A stretch of DNA of 64,000 bases, taken from contig CAVTDB010000008.1 of assembly GCA_963733375.1 (NCBI GenBank), positions 32,001-96,000 of the forward strand, in the 5' to 3' direction. This document shows, one piece after another, positions 21,857 through 31,952 of this stretch (positions within the stretch are counted from its first letter, which is position 1; each line of letters starts with the position of its first letter). Under the pieces are notes generated by a model. The model saw only the letters and a program-made list of their open reading frames with translations. It had not been told where the DNA came from and did no database searches. The stretch comes from Nitrospirota bacterium (lineage in GTDB: Bacteria > Nitrospirota > JACRHJ01). The translations under genes were made by a program, and so were the position numbers.

Positions 21857-21932
21857 TTTTTTTAAATGAGCGTTATCCTATAGTATGAGTTACAATATAA
21901 ACAGAGGATAAGGTTAGACGGGGCGGAGTTTA

Positions 21933-21964
21933 TTGTCAACATGAAAATAGACGTAGGTTTACAA
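21933..21964. promoter_or_regulatory. BirA operator
   Basis: TTGTCAAC-N16-GTTTACAA upstream of bioB, matching the BirA box layout. Confidence 0.8.
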
Positions 21965-22078
21965 AGTCGGGTATGGTAATCAGGGTCGCGGAGGCCTGAT
22001 TCGGCTCAAAGACCTTGACATCCGTATCCAAAGAAATTAATATAAAATGTAGGCTGATAGAATAATTTGGGAGTCAAG

Positions 22079-24515
22079 ATGTTCGAAAAATTTACGGATA
22101 GAGGCAGGAAGGTGATAATCTTCGCCAGGGAAGAGGCGGAGAGGCACCAGAACGATTACCTTGGGACGGAGCACCTGCTCCTTGGGCTTCTCCGGGAAGA
22201 GGACGGCATACCTATCGCCGTGCTCCGGAAGCTGGGCCTGAATACCGAGCAGGTCCGGATGGAGGTGGAGCGCAACCTCCCCGGCGGAATGGGGAACCTC
22301 GCATTCGGCGAGATACCTTTCACCCCCAGGGCGAAAAAGGTTCTGGAACTGGCGATAGAAGAGGCCAGGCTCTTAGGCCACAACTATGTCGGCAGTGAAC
22401 ACCTCCTGCTTGGAATAATCAGGGAAGAGGAAGGGATAGGCGGCAAAATCATCCGGAACCTGGGGGCGCACCTCCTGGGGGCCCGCCAGCTTACTATAAA
22501 TTTCGTACGCAGGAGCCCGGGACAGGCGGCCAGGGACAAGAAAAGCCCCACGCCGGCGCTGGACGAGTTCGGGCGCGACCTTACCCAGCTTGCCAAGGAC
22601 GGGAAGCTCGACCCCGTCATAGGCCGGGATAACGAGATAGAGCGCGTAATGCAGATACTGTCCCGCCGGACCAAGAACAACCCGGTGCTCATAGGAGAGC
22701 CGGGTGTAGGCAAAACGGCTATCGTGGAGGGTCTGGCCCAGCGGATAGTGAACGACGAAGTGCCGGAAAACCTTGCAAACCGCAGGCTTGTCGCGCTGGA
22801 CCTGGGCTCGTTAATCGCGGGCACCAAGTACAGGGGACAGTTCGAGGAACGCCTGAAAGTAGTAATGAAGGAGATCTCCCAGGCGGAGAACGTCATAATC
22901 TTTATAGATGAGCTGCATACCCTTGTGGGCGCGGGCGCGGCGGAAGGCTCCGTGGACGCTTCAAGCATGTTAAAACCCGCCCTTTCCAGGGGCGAGATAC
23001 AGTGCATAGGCGCAACCACGCTCGACGAGTTCCGCAAGCATATCGAGAAGGACGGCGCGCTTGAGAGGCGGTTCCAGCCCATCCAGGTAATGCCGCCGAC
23101 GATGGAAGAGGCGGTTAAGATACTCCAGGGCCTGAAAGGGAAATACGAGGCCCACCACAAGGTTAAATATAAAGACGAGGCGGTGGAGGCTTCCGTAAAG
23201 CTCTCCGACCGCTATATAACCGACCGTTACCTGCCTGACAAGGCCATTGACATAATCGACGAGGCGGGCTCGAGGGCGAAGCTCCAGAAATATACCCTGC
23301 CGTCGGAGATACGCGCGGTAGAGCGCGACATGAAGAAGGCGGCCAAGAACAAGAGCCTGTTCCTCCGGCTGCAGGATTCGGAGAAGGCGGAGTATTTCAC
23401 CCGTGAAGAGGAGCGCCTGAAAGAGCAGTTCGAAGAGGCGCAGCGCACCTGGCGCGACTCCCAGGAAAAGATCCAGCCATTGATAGGCGAGGAAGAAATC
23501 GCCGGGATTATATCGAAGATTACCGGGATTCCGCTTTTCAAGCTCGAAGAGAAGGAATCCGAGAAGCTTCTCCGGATGGAGGAGTTTCTGCACAAGCGGA
23601 TTGTCGGACAGGACGAGGCTATCCATGCGGTCTCAAGGGCGATCCGCCGCTCCCGCGCCGGCATAAAGAGCCGGAAGAAACCTATCGGCTCCTTTATCTT
23701 CCTCGGCCCCACCGGCGTGGGAAAGACGGAGCTTGCGAGGGTGCTGGCGGAATTCCTTTTCGATAACGAGGATGCGCTTATCAGGGTGGACATGTCCGAA
23801 TTCATGGAGAAGTTCACCGTCTCCAGGCTGACCGGGGCGCCTCCCGGATACGTGGGATACGAAGAGGGCGGCCAGTTGACGGAGAAGGTCACGAAGGCGT
23901 CCGTACTCGGTGGTGCTTTTCGACGAGATAGAGAAGGCCCATCCGGACCTCTTCAATATACTGCTCCAGGTCCTGGACGACGGCCTGCTCACGGACAGCT
24001 ACGGGAGGAAGGTGGACTTCAAGAACACCGTGCTCATCATGACCTCAAACCTCGGGGCGAGGCTCATAGACAAGAACGTGAACATGGGCTTCCACAGCGA
24101 CAAGGGCATGGACAGCAAGTCGATAAGCGATAAAGTGATGGGCGAACTGAAGCATTTCTTCAACCCGGAGTTCCTGAACCGGGTGGACGACATGATCGTC
24201 TTCCATCAGTTGAATAACGAGCAGCTCTTGAAGATCGTGGACCTGCTGGTGGACGAAATGAACAGCATGATACTGGAGCAGAACATCCAGCTCGACGTGG
24301 CCCAGGAAGTGAAAGAGTGGATTATAAAGAATAACTTCCAGCTATCCTACGGGGCCAGGCCGCTAAGGCGCGCCATCCAGAAGAATATCGAAGACCCGTT
24401 CTCCGAGGAACTCCTGCGCGGACGGTTCAAAGAGGGCGGGAAGGTCCTCGTGAAGCTGCGCGACGGTTCAGTGGTGTTCGAGGAAGTGCCGCTGGAGGCT
24501 TTCGCTGAAGTCTGA
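22079..24515 (+). CDS. clpC: Clp protease ATPase ClpC (frameshift near 23895)
   Basis: MFEKFTDR N-domain repeats; Walker A motifs GEPGVGKT and GPTGVGKT; [11 protein letters not shown]. Confidence 0.95.
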
Positions 24516-24534
24516 AACGCTAAGACTATAAATT

Positions 24535-24566
24535 AAAAAGCACGGGGTAAGTCCCCGTGCTTTTTT
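24535..24566. terminator. bidirectional intrinsic terminator
   Basis: AAAAAGCACGGGG-TAAGT-CCCCGTGCTTTTTT between convergent genes. Confidence 0.85.
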
Positions 24567-24600
24567 GTTTTTTTTTTATCTTTTTTATCTTATTTTCATT

Positions 24601-24696
24601 TTATGGGGCGGTTATGAGTTTATACACTCCGTAAACTCCCGCCGACACAAACCCCAACACGGTAAATAGGAAACCCATAACGAATACGCCTGTCAT
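24601..24696 (-). CDS. 31-aa single-helix membrane peptide (not in ORF track)
   Basis: AGGAGG 6 nt before ATG; MTGVFVMGFLFTVLGFVSAGVYGVYKLITAP. Confidence 0.65.
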   Translation of the reverse strand: MTGVFVMGFLFTVLGFVSAGVYGVYKLITAP

Positions 24697-24770
24697 TTTC
24701 GGCCTCCTCTGTCTAGTAGATGTTCCTGACTTAAGTATAGCACAAATTAAAGATAAAATCAGGAATTACT

Positions 24771-25243
24771 ATGGGTAAGAAAAGCGCGGGACTTCTGATG
24801 TACAGGCTGAGGGGCGGGGTCCTGGAACTGTTCCTCGTGCATCCCGGCGGGCCGTACTGGGCCAAAAAAGACCTGGGGGCGTGGACGATACCGAAGGGGG
24901 AGATCTCCGAATCCGGAGGAACCTCTTCATGCGGCGAAGCGTGAGTTTTTAGAGGAGACCGGCTTTCCCGTTCCGGAGGAAGACCTTTTTTTGAAACTTA
25001 CTCCCCTGAAGCAGCCGAGCGGGAAGGTCATACATGCCTGGGCGTTCGAGGGCGATTGCCTTCCGGAGACGCTTGCAAGCAACACCTGCACCATTGCAGT
25101 GGCCGCCCAGGAGCGGGAAGTTCATTGATATTCCGGAGGTTGACAGGGGCGGGTGGTTTAAAATCCCGGAGGCGAAGGAGCGGATAATCGCGGGGCAGAG
25201 GGGTTTTATAGAGGAACTGGAAGAGAAGCTTAGCGTCCCCTGA
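24771..25243 (+). CDS. NUDIX hydrolase (frameshifted)
   Basis: KKSAGLLMYR, LVHPGGPYW, WTIPKG, AAKREFLEETG and PEVDR. Confidence 0.85.
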
Positions 25244-25703
25244 AATAGTTTTCAATTACCAGGAGCGCCACTCCGTCGGCAAACACCAGCAGGTTTAATA
25301 CCGCGCTTACGGCATGGAGCCTGCCGAACTTCCTGCGCATCGGGTCGTCCTTGGGCGCGTTTTCAAACGAACCCACCTGCTTCTTTACGATTAAAATGTC
25401 CGGATGGAGCTTGAACGTGACATAGGAATTAATCAGCACCGCGAATATGAGCAGGATTATAGAGGCCTTGAAACCGCTCCCGGTCCATACCTGCCGCGAA
25501 ACGAGGTACAGGAGCATGGCAAAAATCGACAGTGAGAAGTTATAAAGGAAATATGCGTTAAAGAACTTATCCACGATGGCCGCCGCCGCGTCCCGGCTGA
25601 AGCCCTTGAAGATAAGCGGAGTGATGACGAAGGTGAACAGGGCGATGCCGCCTATCCAGAGAGAAACTGTTAACATGTAGAGGATAAATGCTATAAACTT
25701 CAT
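25230..25703 (-). CDS. DUF4149-type membrane protein
   Basis: Four hydrophobic segments; FGRLHAVSAVLNL. Confidence 0.75.
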   Translation of the reverse strand: MKFIAFILYMLTVSLWIGGIALFTFVITPLIFKGFSRDAAAAIVDKFFNAYFLYNFSLSIFAMLLYLVSRQVWTGSGFKASIILLIFAVLINSYVTFKLHPDILIVKKQVGSFENAPKDDPMRRKFGRLHAVSAVLNLLVFADGVALLVIENYFRGR

Positions 25704-25742
25704 TCTTTAGATGATACCATAACTCATGGAAAAAAAGCTGAA

Positions 25743-26249
25743 ATGAAAAATAAAATCAGGGTCGGGATAAGCTCCTGCCTCCTGGGCGAAAAGGTCCGCT
25801 ACGACGGCGGCGACAAGCTTGACGTTTACATCATGGAGAGCCTGGGGAAGCAGGCATTGTTCGTGCCGGTATGCCCGGAGGCGGAATGCGGGATGCCGAC
25901 GCCGCGAGAACCCATGCGGCTGACGGGCGACCCGGCCGCTCCCCGCCTGGTGACTGTAAATACAAAATTGGATTTTACGGAAAAATTATCGGCATGGGCG
26001 AATAAGAGGGTCGCGGAGCTGGAGAAGGAAAACCTCTCCGGCTTTGTGTTTAAGAGCCGCTCGCCCAGTTGCGGGCTCAGGGGAGTGGAAGTATCAGGCG
26101 AGGACGATGTACCCGCGAAAATCGGGACAGGCATTTTCGCGAAGATATTGACGGACAAGTTCCCGGCCCTGCCGGTAGAGGAAGAAGCAAACCTTCACGA
26201 CCCCGAGGCCATGGAAAAATTTTTAAGCCTACTTTTCCCAACCCCATAA
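25743..26249 (+). CDS. DUF523 / 2-thiouracil desulfurase family
   Basis: GISSCLLGEKVRYDG, PVCPE and KSRSPSCG. Confidence 0.88.
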   Translation: MKNKIRVGISSCLLGEKVRYDGGDKLDVYIMESLGKQALFVPVCPEAECGMPTPREPMRLTGDPAAPRLVTVNTKLDFTEKLSAWANKRVAELEKENLSGFVFKSRSPSCGLRGVEVSGEDDVPAKIGTGIFAKILTDKFPALPVEEEANLHDPEAMEKFLSLLFPTP

Positions 26250-26280
26250 CGGGTCGTATCAATTTAGTGTCCTTTAAAAT

Positions 26281-26962
26281 TTAGCTTGCTTTAAGAAATG
26301 CAGCCGCTATAAATGCGGCCTCCGACGGTGAGTGTTTCATGCCTTCGGCTTCCATGGCCTCAAGGATGGGAACGTCTCTTTCCTTCTGCCTCCGGTGGAA
26401 AATATACCGCACCTTTGAAACCCTTCATACGCAGGCCGGCATTAAATGCAAGACCGGCTATGTCCGGGAGACCGAAGAACCTTACGCCATGCCATATAGA
26501 AGCAGGATCGTTCTCATTTTTCCTGCGCCGCCTTGCCCAGGGACTATTTTTGTTAAGGAATCCAAGTAATAGGATACCGTCCTTCTTCAGCACCCTTGAC
26601 AGTTCAGTTAAGACATGCGCTGGGTCATCAATAAATTCCAGTGTACAAACCGAGATAACCTTGTCGAATGTTGATGGTTCGAAAGGTAAATCCTGAAGAG
26701 ATGCCTTAATCAAGGTGGAACCTCTGCCCCTGAAATTGGCAGAGTATTTCAACATATCTTCGTCCTCGTCCACACCTGTAACATTCAAGCCCAGACGAAG
26801 CAGCTCTTCCAGGTACACGCCCGTGCCGCACCCGGCATCGAGGACTTTATCACCGGGGTTGAATGATACCAGCGAGAAGAGGGCGTCTTTTTCCAGGCGG
26901 TGGCATAGCGAACCAAACGTGGTCCCGTACCATGCGTCGTATTGGGCAGGGTCTATCTTCAC
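26281..26962 (-). CDS. class I SAM-dependent methyltransferase (C-terminal frameshift)
   Basis: YDAWY, VLDAGCGTG and LPFEPSTFD. Confidence 0.85.
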
Positions 26963-27016
26963 GCATGCACCTGTCAGAAAGTCATGACCTCGCGCTCCAA
27001 GCCTATGCTCCTCCGC

Positions 27017-27511
27017 TTAAAAAGTCAGATTCATATCCGCCTTCATTACCACGTCTTTATAATACGTGGCCGGGTCCGCGACCTTGACTCCGTCATAAAA
27101 TTCGCTCTCCTTGATGTCGAATAGCTCCTTGTTCAGAGGACATGCCCATACGCGCGCCTTCTCGGCTATGAGGAAGAACATAAGGTCTTCCGCGCTTGGA
27201 AGGTTCATCTCGTCCATCTTTTTCAGCACGGCCTCGCCGATCTCCGGCTGGTCGGGCAGGCACTTCAGCGTTTTTATTTTTTCCCGGTGTACGGCGTTTA
27301 TACCGCGCGACCCGAAGAACACATCCACGCTGTTGCCTTCCCGCAGAAGGGAAAGCGCGGTCATAAGGGCGTTATAGACCTGGCATAGCTCGTCGCTGAA
27401 ACACATGACGGATACGTTCTTCTTTACCTTTTCCGTTTTCACGCGCTCGGAAGACGGCGACGGGTTCGACGTGCTGCACGCGGAGACGACGTTCTTTTTT
27501 TCCTCTTCCAT
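27017..27511 (-). CDS. DsrE/DsrF-like protein
   Basis: ALMTALS..VDVFFGSRG and VWACP pattern; GAGGAGG SD. Confidence 0.65.
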   Translation of the reverse strand: MEEEKKNVVSACSTSNPSPSSERVKTEKVKKNVSVMCFSDELCQVYNALMTALSLLREGNSVDVFFGSRGINAVHREKIKTLKCLPDQPEIGEAVLKKMDEMNLPSAEDLMFFLIAEKARVWACPLNKELFDIKESEFYDGVKVADPATYYKDVVMKADMNLTF

Positions 27512-27526
27512 TTCGATACCTCCTCT

Positions 27527-28339
27527 TTATGCAGGCTTCAATGGCCTGCTCATAACCTGGTACCACATCCTGAAGGCCGGTGATGGCGATAATTCCGGCG
27601 ATTGCATAGCGGAGTTTCTTGGTATTGACCCTCTTGCTTACCCGGCCCGCCGATCTGGGCGCCGGGAATCGTGCCATGCCGACCAGCGCTATCGCATACG
27701 GCCAGATTATCTGTCCGGTGGCCATCTTGCCTATCGTGCCCATCACGGCGCCCCGAGAGCGACAATCCCAAGCAGTGCTCCCGATGACGATGCGGGTCGG
27801 GATGTTAAGCAGGTATATCATTACGGGGATGTAGATGAACGCCCCCGGCGCGCCGACCATGCCGCCAAAACAGCCGATAGCAAGGCTTACCCCCGACGCC
27901 AGGATCTTGTTGTACTTGGACGTCCTCGGGCGCTACATCCTCGCCCTGTTCGCGTTTCGGCACGAACATCACCACTGCGGCTATCACCGCCATGGTGGCG
28001 AAAATGGCAAGCAGAAAGTCGCTCTTTGGTGTGCTTGGAGAAAAGCGCACCGGCAAGGTTGCCGATAGCATTAAAGAGTCCCATGTAAATCAGGAGGGAC
28101 TTGCTGACGAATTTGTTCTTATTATGCACGATAAGGCCCGAGACCGAGGCCGCGAGCACCTGCACCATGCTTATCGCCGCGACCTGCTTCATGTCGAGAT
28201 GCCCGATTCCGAAGAATGGGCGGCACATACAGGAGGAGCGGTATCATGAATATCGCCCCGCCAAGCCCTAGCAGGCCCGAAAGGAAACCCGCCGCCCTAA
28301 ACCTAAAAATAAAAGAGTAACAAGAAATGATACTTCCAC
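27527..28339 (-). CDS. TauE/SafE sulfite exporter family (many frameshifts)
   Basis: GFLSGLLGLGGAIFMIPLL and GMVGAPGAFIYIP repeats. Confidence 0.8.
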
Positions 28340-28353
28340 TATGTACTCCTTTC

Positions 28354-28688
28354 TCAACGGCCGCCCGTTTTGTTTGCGTAGAAGGTCTTACCGGGCAGCA
28401 GGCGGGCGCGGGCAGGCTTTCTTTATGTTCTTTCGCGAGCGCCGCGAGGATATCCAGCACCTTCGGGTCTTTAAGGAAATAACAGCGAAGTTTTCCGTCC
28501 ACGTAGAAGTCCACGAGGCCCGCACGCCTGAGCATTGACAGGTGCTGGGAAATATTCGACTGGCCCGTCCCCAGAATTTCCTCCATGTCGGAGACGCAGA
28601 GCACGTCGTTTTCCAATTTCTTTAATATCTCCAGGCGGTAATGATGGGCCATGACCTTCAGCAACTCGGCCATTTTTTTATAATCCAT
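28354..28688 (-). CDS. ArsR/SmtB family regulator
   Basis: LLKVMAHHYRLEIL, LCVSDM, QSNISQHLSMLR; C-terminal ACCP; 3' end approximate. Confidence 0.88.
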
Positions 28689-28713
28689 TGAATTTCCCTC
28701 CACGATGAATAGG

Positions 28714-28735
28714 CATATCATAATATGATGATATG
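28714..28735. promoter_or_regulatory. probable ArsR operator
   Basis: CATATCAT-N6-ATGATATG inverted repeat just upstream of the ArsR start. Confidence 0.6.
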
Positions 28736-28819
28736 ACGATAAGATAGAGGAGCAGGCTTAAGTTGTCAAGAAGAATTATTTACTATAACAACAATTATCA
28801 GGAGGTCTAAATTTGTCGC

Positions 28820-28848
28820 TTGACAAGTAGTGAGCATATGTTCATAAT
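28820..28848 (+). promoter_or_regulatory. promoter with an embedded palindrome
   Basis: TTGACA-17-CATAAT with TGAGCATATGTTCA (28831-28844) in the spacer. Confidence 0.65.
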
Positions 28849-28871
28849 TAGTTGTCGTAGGAGGTAGAGAT

Positions 28872-29567
28872 TTGAGACCTAAGTCTTGCAGGACGGTTGG
28901 AGTGCAGCCCGGCGTCACATACTTCAAGCCGCGGGGCGTCCCGCTGTCAGACCTTGAGGAAGCAGTTCTGGCGGTGGACGAGTTTGAAGCGATAAAGCTT
29001 GCCGACCACGACGGGCTTTACCAGGAAGAGGCCGCCGTCAGGATGAATATTTCACGCCCTACTTTCAGCCGGATAATAGATTCAGCTCACAGGAAAATAG
29101 CCGATGCGCTCGTGCATGGCAAGGCTTTAAAAATCGAGGGAGGCAAGGTCGAGATAGCCTCAAATGTAAAACCGGCAACACAACGAGGAGGAAAAATGAA
29201 CATTGCGGTATCCACCACCGACGGAAAGACGATCTGCGGTCACCTTGGAAAGTGCAAGGACTTCATTATCTATGAAACCGACGGCAAGGAAGTAATAAGA
29301 AAAAGCTTCAGGAGGTCGGGCGGCGCCTGCCCCGGGCACGGCGATCACGGTGATAGCGGAGGGCACGTGCACAACGTCAGTCCCTTCGCCGGCTGCCACG
29401 CCGTAATTACGCAGGGCATGGGGCAGGGGATGCTTAACGGCCTCGTGCAGGCGGGCATCCAGCCTGTAATAACCGACCAGACCGACCCGGATACCGCCAT
29501 AGCAAACTTCCTGAATGGCGAGCTGTCCGGCACGGCGAAATCCACCTGCTCCTGCGGCGAGCATTGA
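28872..29567 (+). CDS. DUF134 HTH domain fused to a NifB/NifX-like domain
   Basis: YFKPRG..DEFEAIKLAD..QEEAA..ISRPTF, then IAVST..GHLGKCKDF..GMG. Confidence 0.8.
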   Translation: MRPKSCRTVGVQPGVTYFKPRGVPLSDLEEAVLAVDEFEAIKLADHDGLYQEEAAVRMNISRPTFSRIIDSAHRKIADALVHGKALKIEGGKVEIASNVKPATQRGGKMNIAVSTTDGKTICGHLGKCKDFIIYETDGKEVIRKSFRRSGGACPGHGDHGDSGGHVHNVSPFAGCHAVITQGMGQGMLNGLVQAGIQPVITDQTDPDTAIANFLNGELSGTAKSTCSCGEH

Positions 29568-29632
29568 TCTGCCGACCGTAAAAAAAGTAATCTCAACCAG
29601 AAGCGACTTTTACAGAGCAAAAAGGAGATAGA

Positions 29633-29992
29633 ATGACCGACAAACTGGTGATAGTGCTCTCGCACGGTACGGACAACCCCAACAAATCCACAAGGGCCCT
29701 GCATCTGGCAAAAGTGGCGAAGGAAAACGGCAAGGACGTTAAGATGTTTCTGCTGGACGACGCCGTATTCATTGCCAAGAAAGGCGTTACCGACAACCTC
29801 CGCTCGGCGACCGGGGACATAGCAGCCGACCTCATGACATTTCTGGAGGATTTCGAGGTGCCGATTTATGCCTGCACGCCGTGCGCAAAGGCCAGAGACT
29901 TAAAGGAGTCGGACTTCGTTAAAAACGCCCGGATGGAGCCGGGCACAACGCTGATAAAGATGACTTCCGACCACGCCGTTATAAGCCTGTGA
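29633..29992 (+). CDS. DsrE family protein
   Basis: MFLLDDAV and YACTPCAKAR. Confidence 0.85.
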   Translation: MTDKLVIVLSHGTDNPNKSTRALHLAKVAKENGKDVKMFLLDDAVFIAKKGVTDNLRSATGDIAADLMTFLEDFEVPIYACTPCAKARDLKESDFVKNARMEPGTTLIKMTSDHAVISL

Positions 29993-30025
29993 GCTGACAG
30001 TGGATGGATGCTTAAGGAGGGCGCT

Positions 30026-30490
30026 ATGGAACAAAAGGTCGAAATAGACCTGCAAGGGTATAAAGAAAAGGCCAAGACGGACATGAAGGGCTTTCTCTTC
30101 TGGGAGAAGGACCTGCTGTTCAGGGGGATGACGCAGTCGGGTTATGAAATCGAGTTCGACGCGGCGGTGCAATGGGGGTGCATGCCGACAGAATCCCTCA
30201 TGCTGTCGCTGGCCGGCTGCATGGGCATCGACGCGGTAAGTTTCCTGCAAAAGATGAAGGTCGAGCTTCATAAGTTCAAGATGGATATAGACGGCCTCAG
30301 GAACCCAACGCCTCCGCAGTATTTCAAGGAAATCACGATGCACCTCCACTTCACCGGAGTGGGCATAAAGGAAAAGCAGGTAGAGCGCGCCATCGCCCTG
30401 TCTCAGGACAAGTACTGCTCCGTGTATCATTCATTGCGAAAAGACCTGAAAGTAAATGTCGGCTATACTATTACAGATATAGTCGATTGA
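30026..30490 (+). CDS. OsmC/YhfA family protein
   Basis: PTESLMLSLAGCMGID and LSQDKYCSV. Confidence 0.85.
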   Translation: MEQKVEIDLQGYKEKAKTDMKGFLFWEKDLLFRGMTQSGYEIEFDAAVQWGCMPTESLMLSLAGCMGIDAVSFLQKMKVELHKFKMDIDGLRNPTPPQYFKEITMHLHFTGVGIKEKQVERAIALSQDKYCSVYHSLRKDLKVNVGYTITDIVD

Positions 30491-30555
30491 GTACCAGGAA
30501 TATTTCAGACCATGCAGTAATCGCAAACCCCGCTTTCAAACGGAGGACACCGCAA

Positions 30556-31339
30556 ATGGATAAAAAAGAGATATCCAGACGTGGACTGCTTGCCGGTGCG
30601 GGCATGCTCGCGGCTGGGGCAGCGCTTTCCGCCGGTGCGATGGGTTTTCTGACTGATGCCGAGGCGAAGACCCAGGCAGCGCCAACGTGGCCGTGGCCGT
30701 ATGTGAAACTGGACCCGGCGGACCGCCGAAATCGCTTATAACGAATGGTACAGGCTTTACTGCGGCGGGGCGGTAATCAGCAGCGTGTTCGGCCAGCTCA
30801 AGGAAAAGGTGGGACAGCCGTATGCGTCGTTCCCGACGGACGCCTTTATCTTCCTTGAGGGAGGCATATCCGGATGGGGGACGGTATGCGGCTCGAACGC
30901 GGGTGCGAACGTTGTAGCAAACGTGATTATCGGCCCGAAACTTTTCGGCGACGGCATGTTGATGGGAAGCGAGATAATGCAGTGGTATTCCGAGACGGCG
31001 ATGCCGGTATTCCTCCCGAAAGAGCCGAAGGTAAAGTCCGAGATAATAAAGACCACCAGCGACTCTCCGCTCTGCCATATCTCCGTGGGGAAATGGATGA
31101 AGGCTTCCGGCAAGGGTCTGAAAAGCCCCGAGAGAAGGGACAGGTGCGCAAGGGTAACGGCGAGCGTCGCCTATCACCTTGTGGAGCTTTTAAACAACTG
31201 GAAAGACGGAAAGTATTATACGGTCGGCGAAATACCTTCCGAGTGCGGCATAACGGCACAGCATAACTGCACGGACTGCCACGGTGACAAAATTCCGCCG
31301 ATCCCCCCGTCAATCACGCCTCTATCTTCAAAAAAGTAA
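30556..31339 (+). CDS. Tat-exported split-Soret cytochrome c-like (C-GCAxxG-C-C family) protein (frameshift near 30725)
   Basis: ISRRGLL signal; WPWPYVKLDP, GWGTVCG, LCHISV, RRDRCARVT and C-terminal CTDCH. Confidence 0.78.
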
Positions 31340-31346
31340 ACTTTCA

Positions 31347-31379
31347 GGGCCGCTTGCAGAGATGTGAGCGGCCTTTTTT
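31347..31379 (+). terminator. intrinsic terminator
   Basis: GGCCGCTTGCA-GAGA-TGTGAGCGGCC followed by a T run. Confidence 0.75.
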
Positions 31380-31952
31380 ATTAGTTGCCTGAACCGGAGT
31401 TCCGGGGCCCGGGTGCCACATATCCTTGACAAGAAAGCAATTTCATGAGAAAGTTTAATCTATAATAATTACTGCTACTATTGAACGGAGGTATGCATGA
31501 GCTCAGCGCAAAGTGATTTAAAGGTTACTGTAAGGTTAAAGAGGAGGGCTATCCGGTCGGACGGCTCGGGGCGCACATCAAGCATGGGATGAACTGTACT
31601 TTCAGGGCCTTTTTCCAGGAGTATGACAGGGTGGGGTTGCCGCGCGTAGGAGCGGCTTCTATAAGACCGTAAAGATATCAGACAGCCTTGGTCATTAAAT
31701 GGGGGTCACGGCATGTGCCGTAACCCCTTTTAATTTTTGCGGATGATTTTTTCTTGACAGGGCGGCTCTTCATGTGATATTGATATTGCAATTCAATTTC
31801 ATTTATCGGGACGCGAACGACAGGCCACTTCGGGGCGTCCATAACCAGCCTTCTAACGGGGCCGCATGAAACAGAAATACTTAGCCATCGCAAAATACCC
31901 TAACTTCGATTTCAGCGTCACCAAACTTAAAAGGCCAAGGACTTAAAAAAGT

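Noticed and set aside
28122-28721. Apparent ArsR-TauE fusion in the ORF track
   Set aside because: TauE has its own AAGGAG and GTG at 28339; the join is most likely caused by indels
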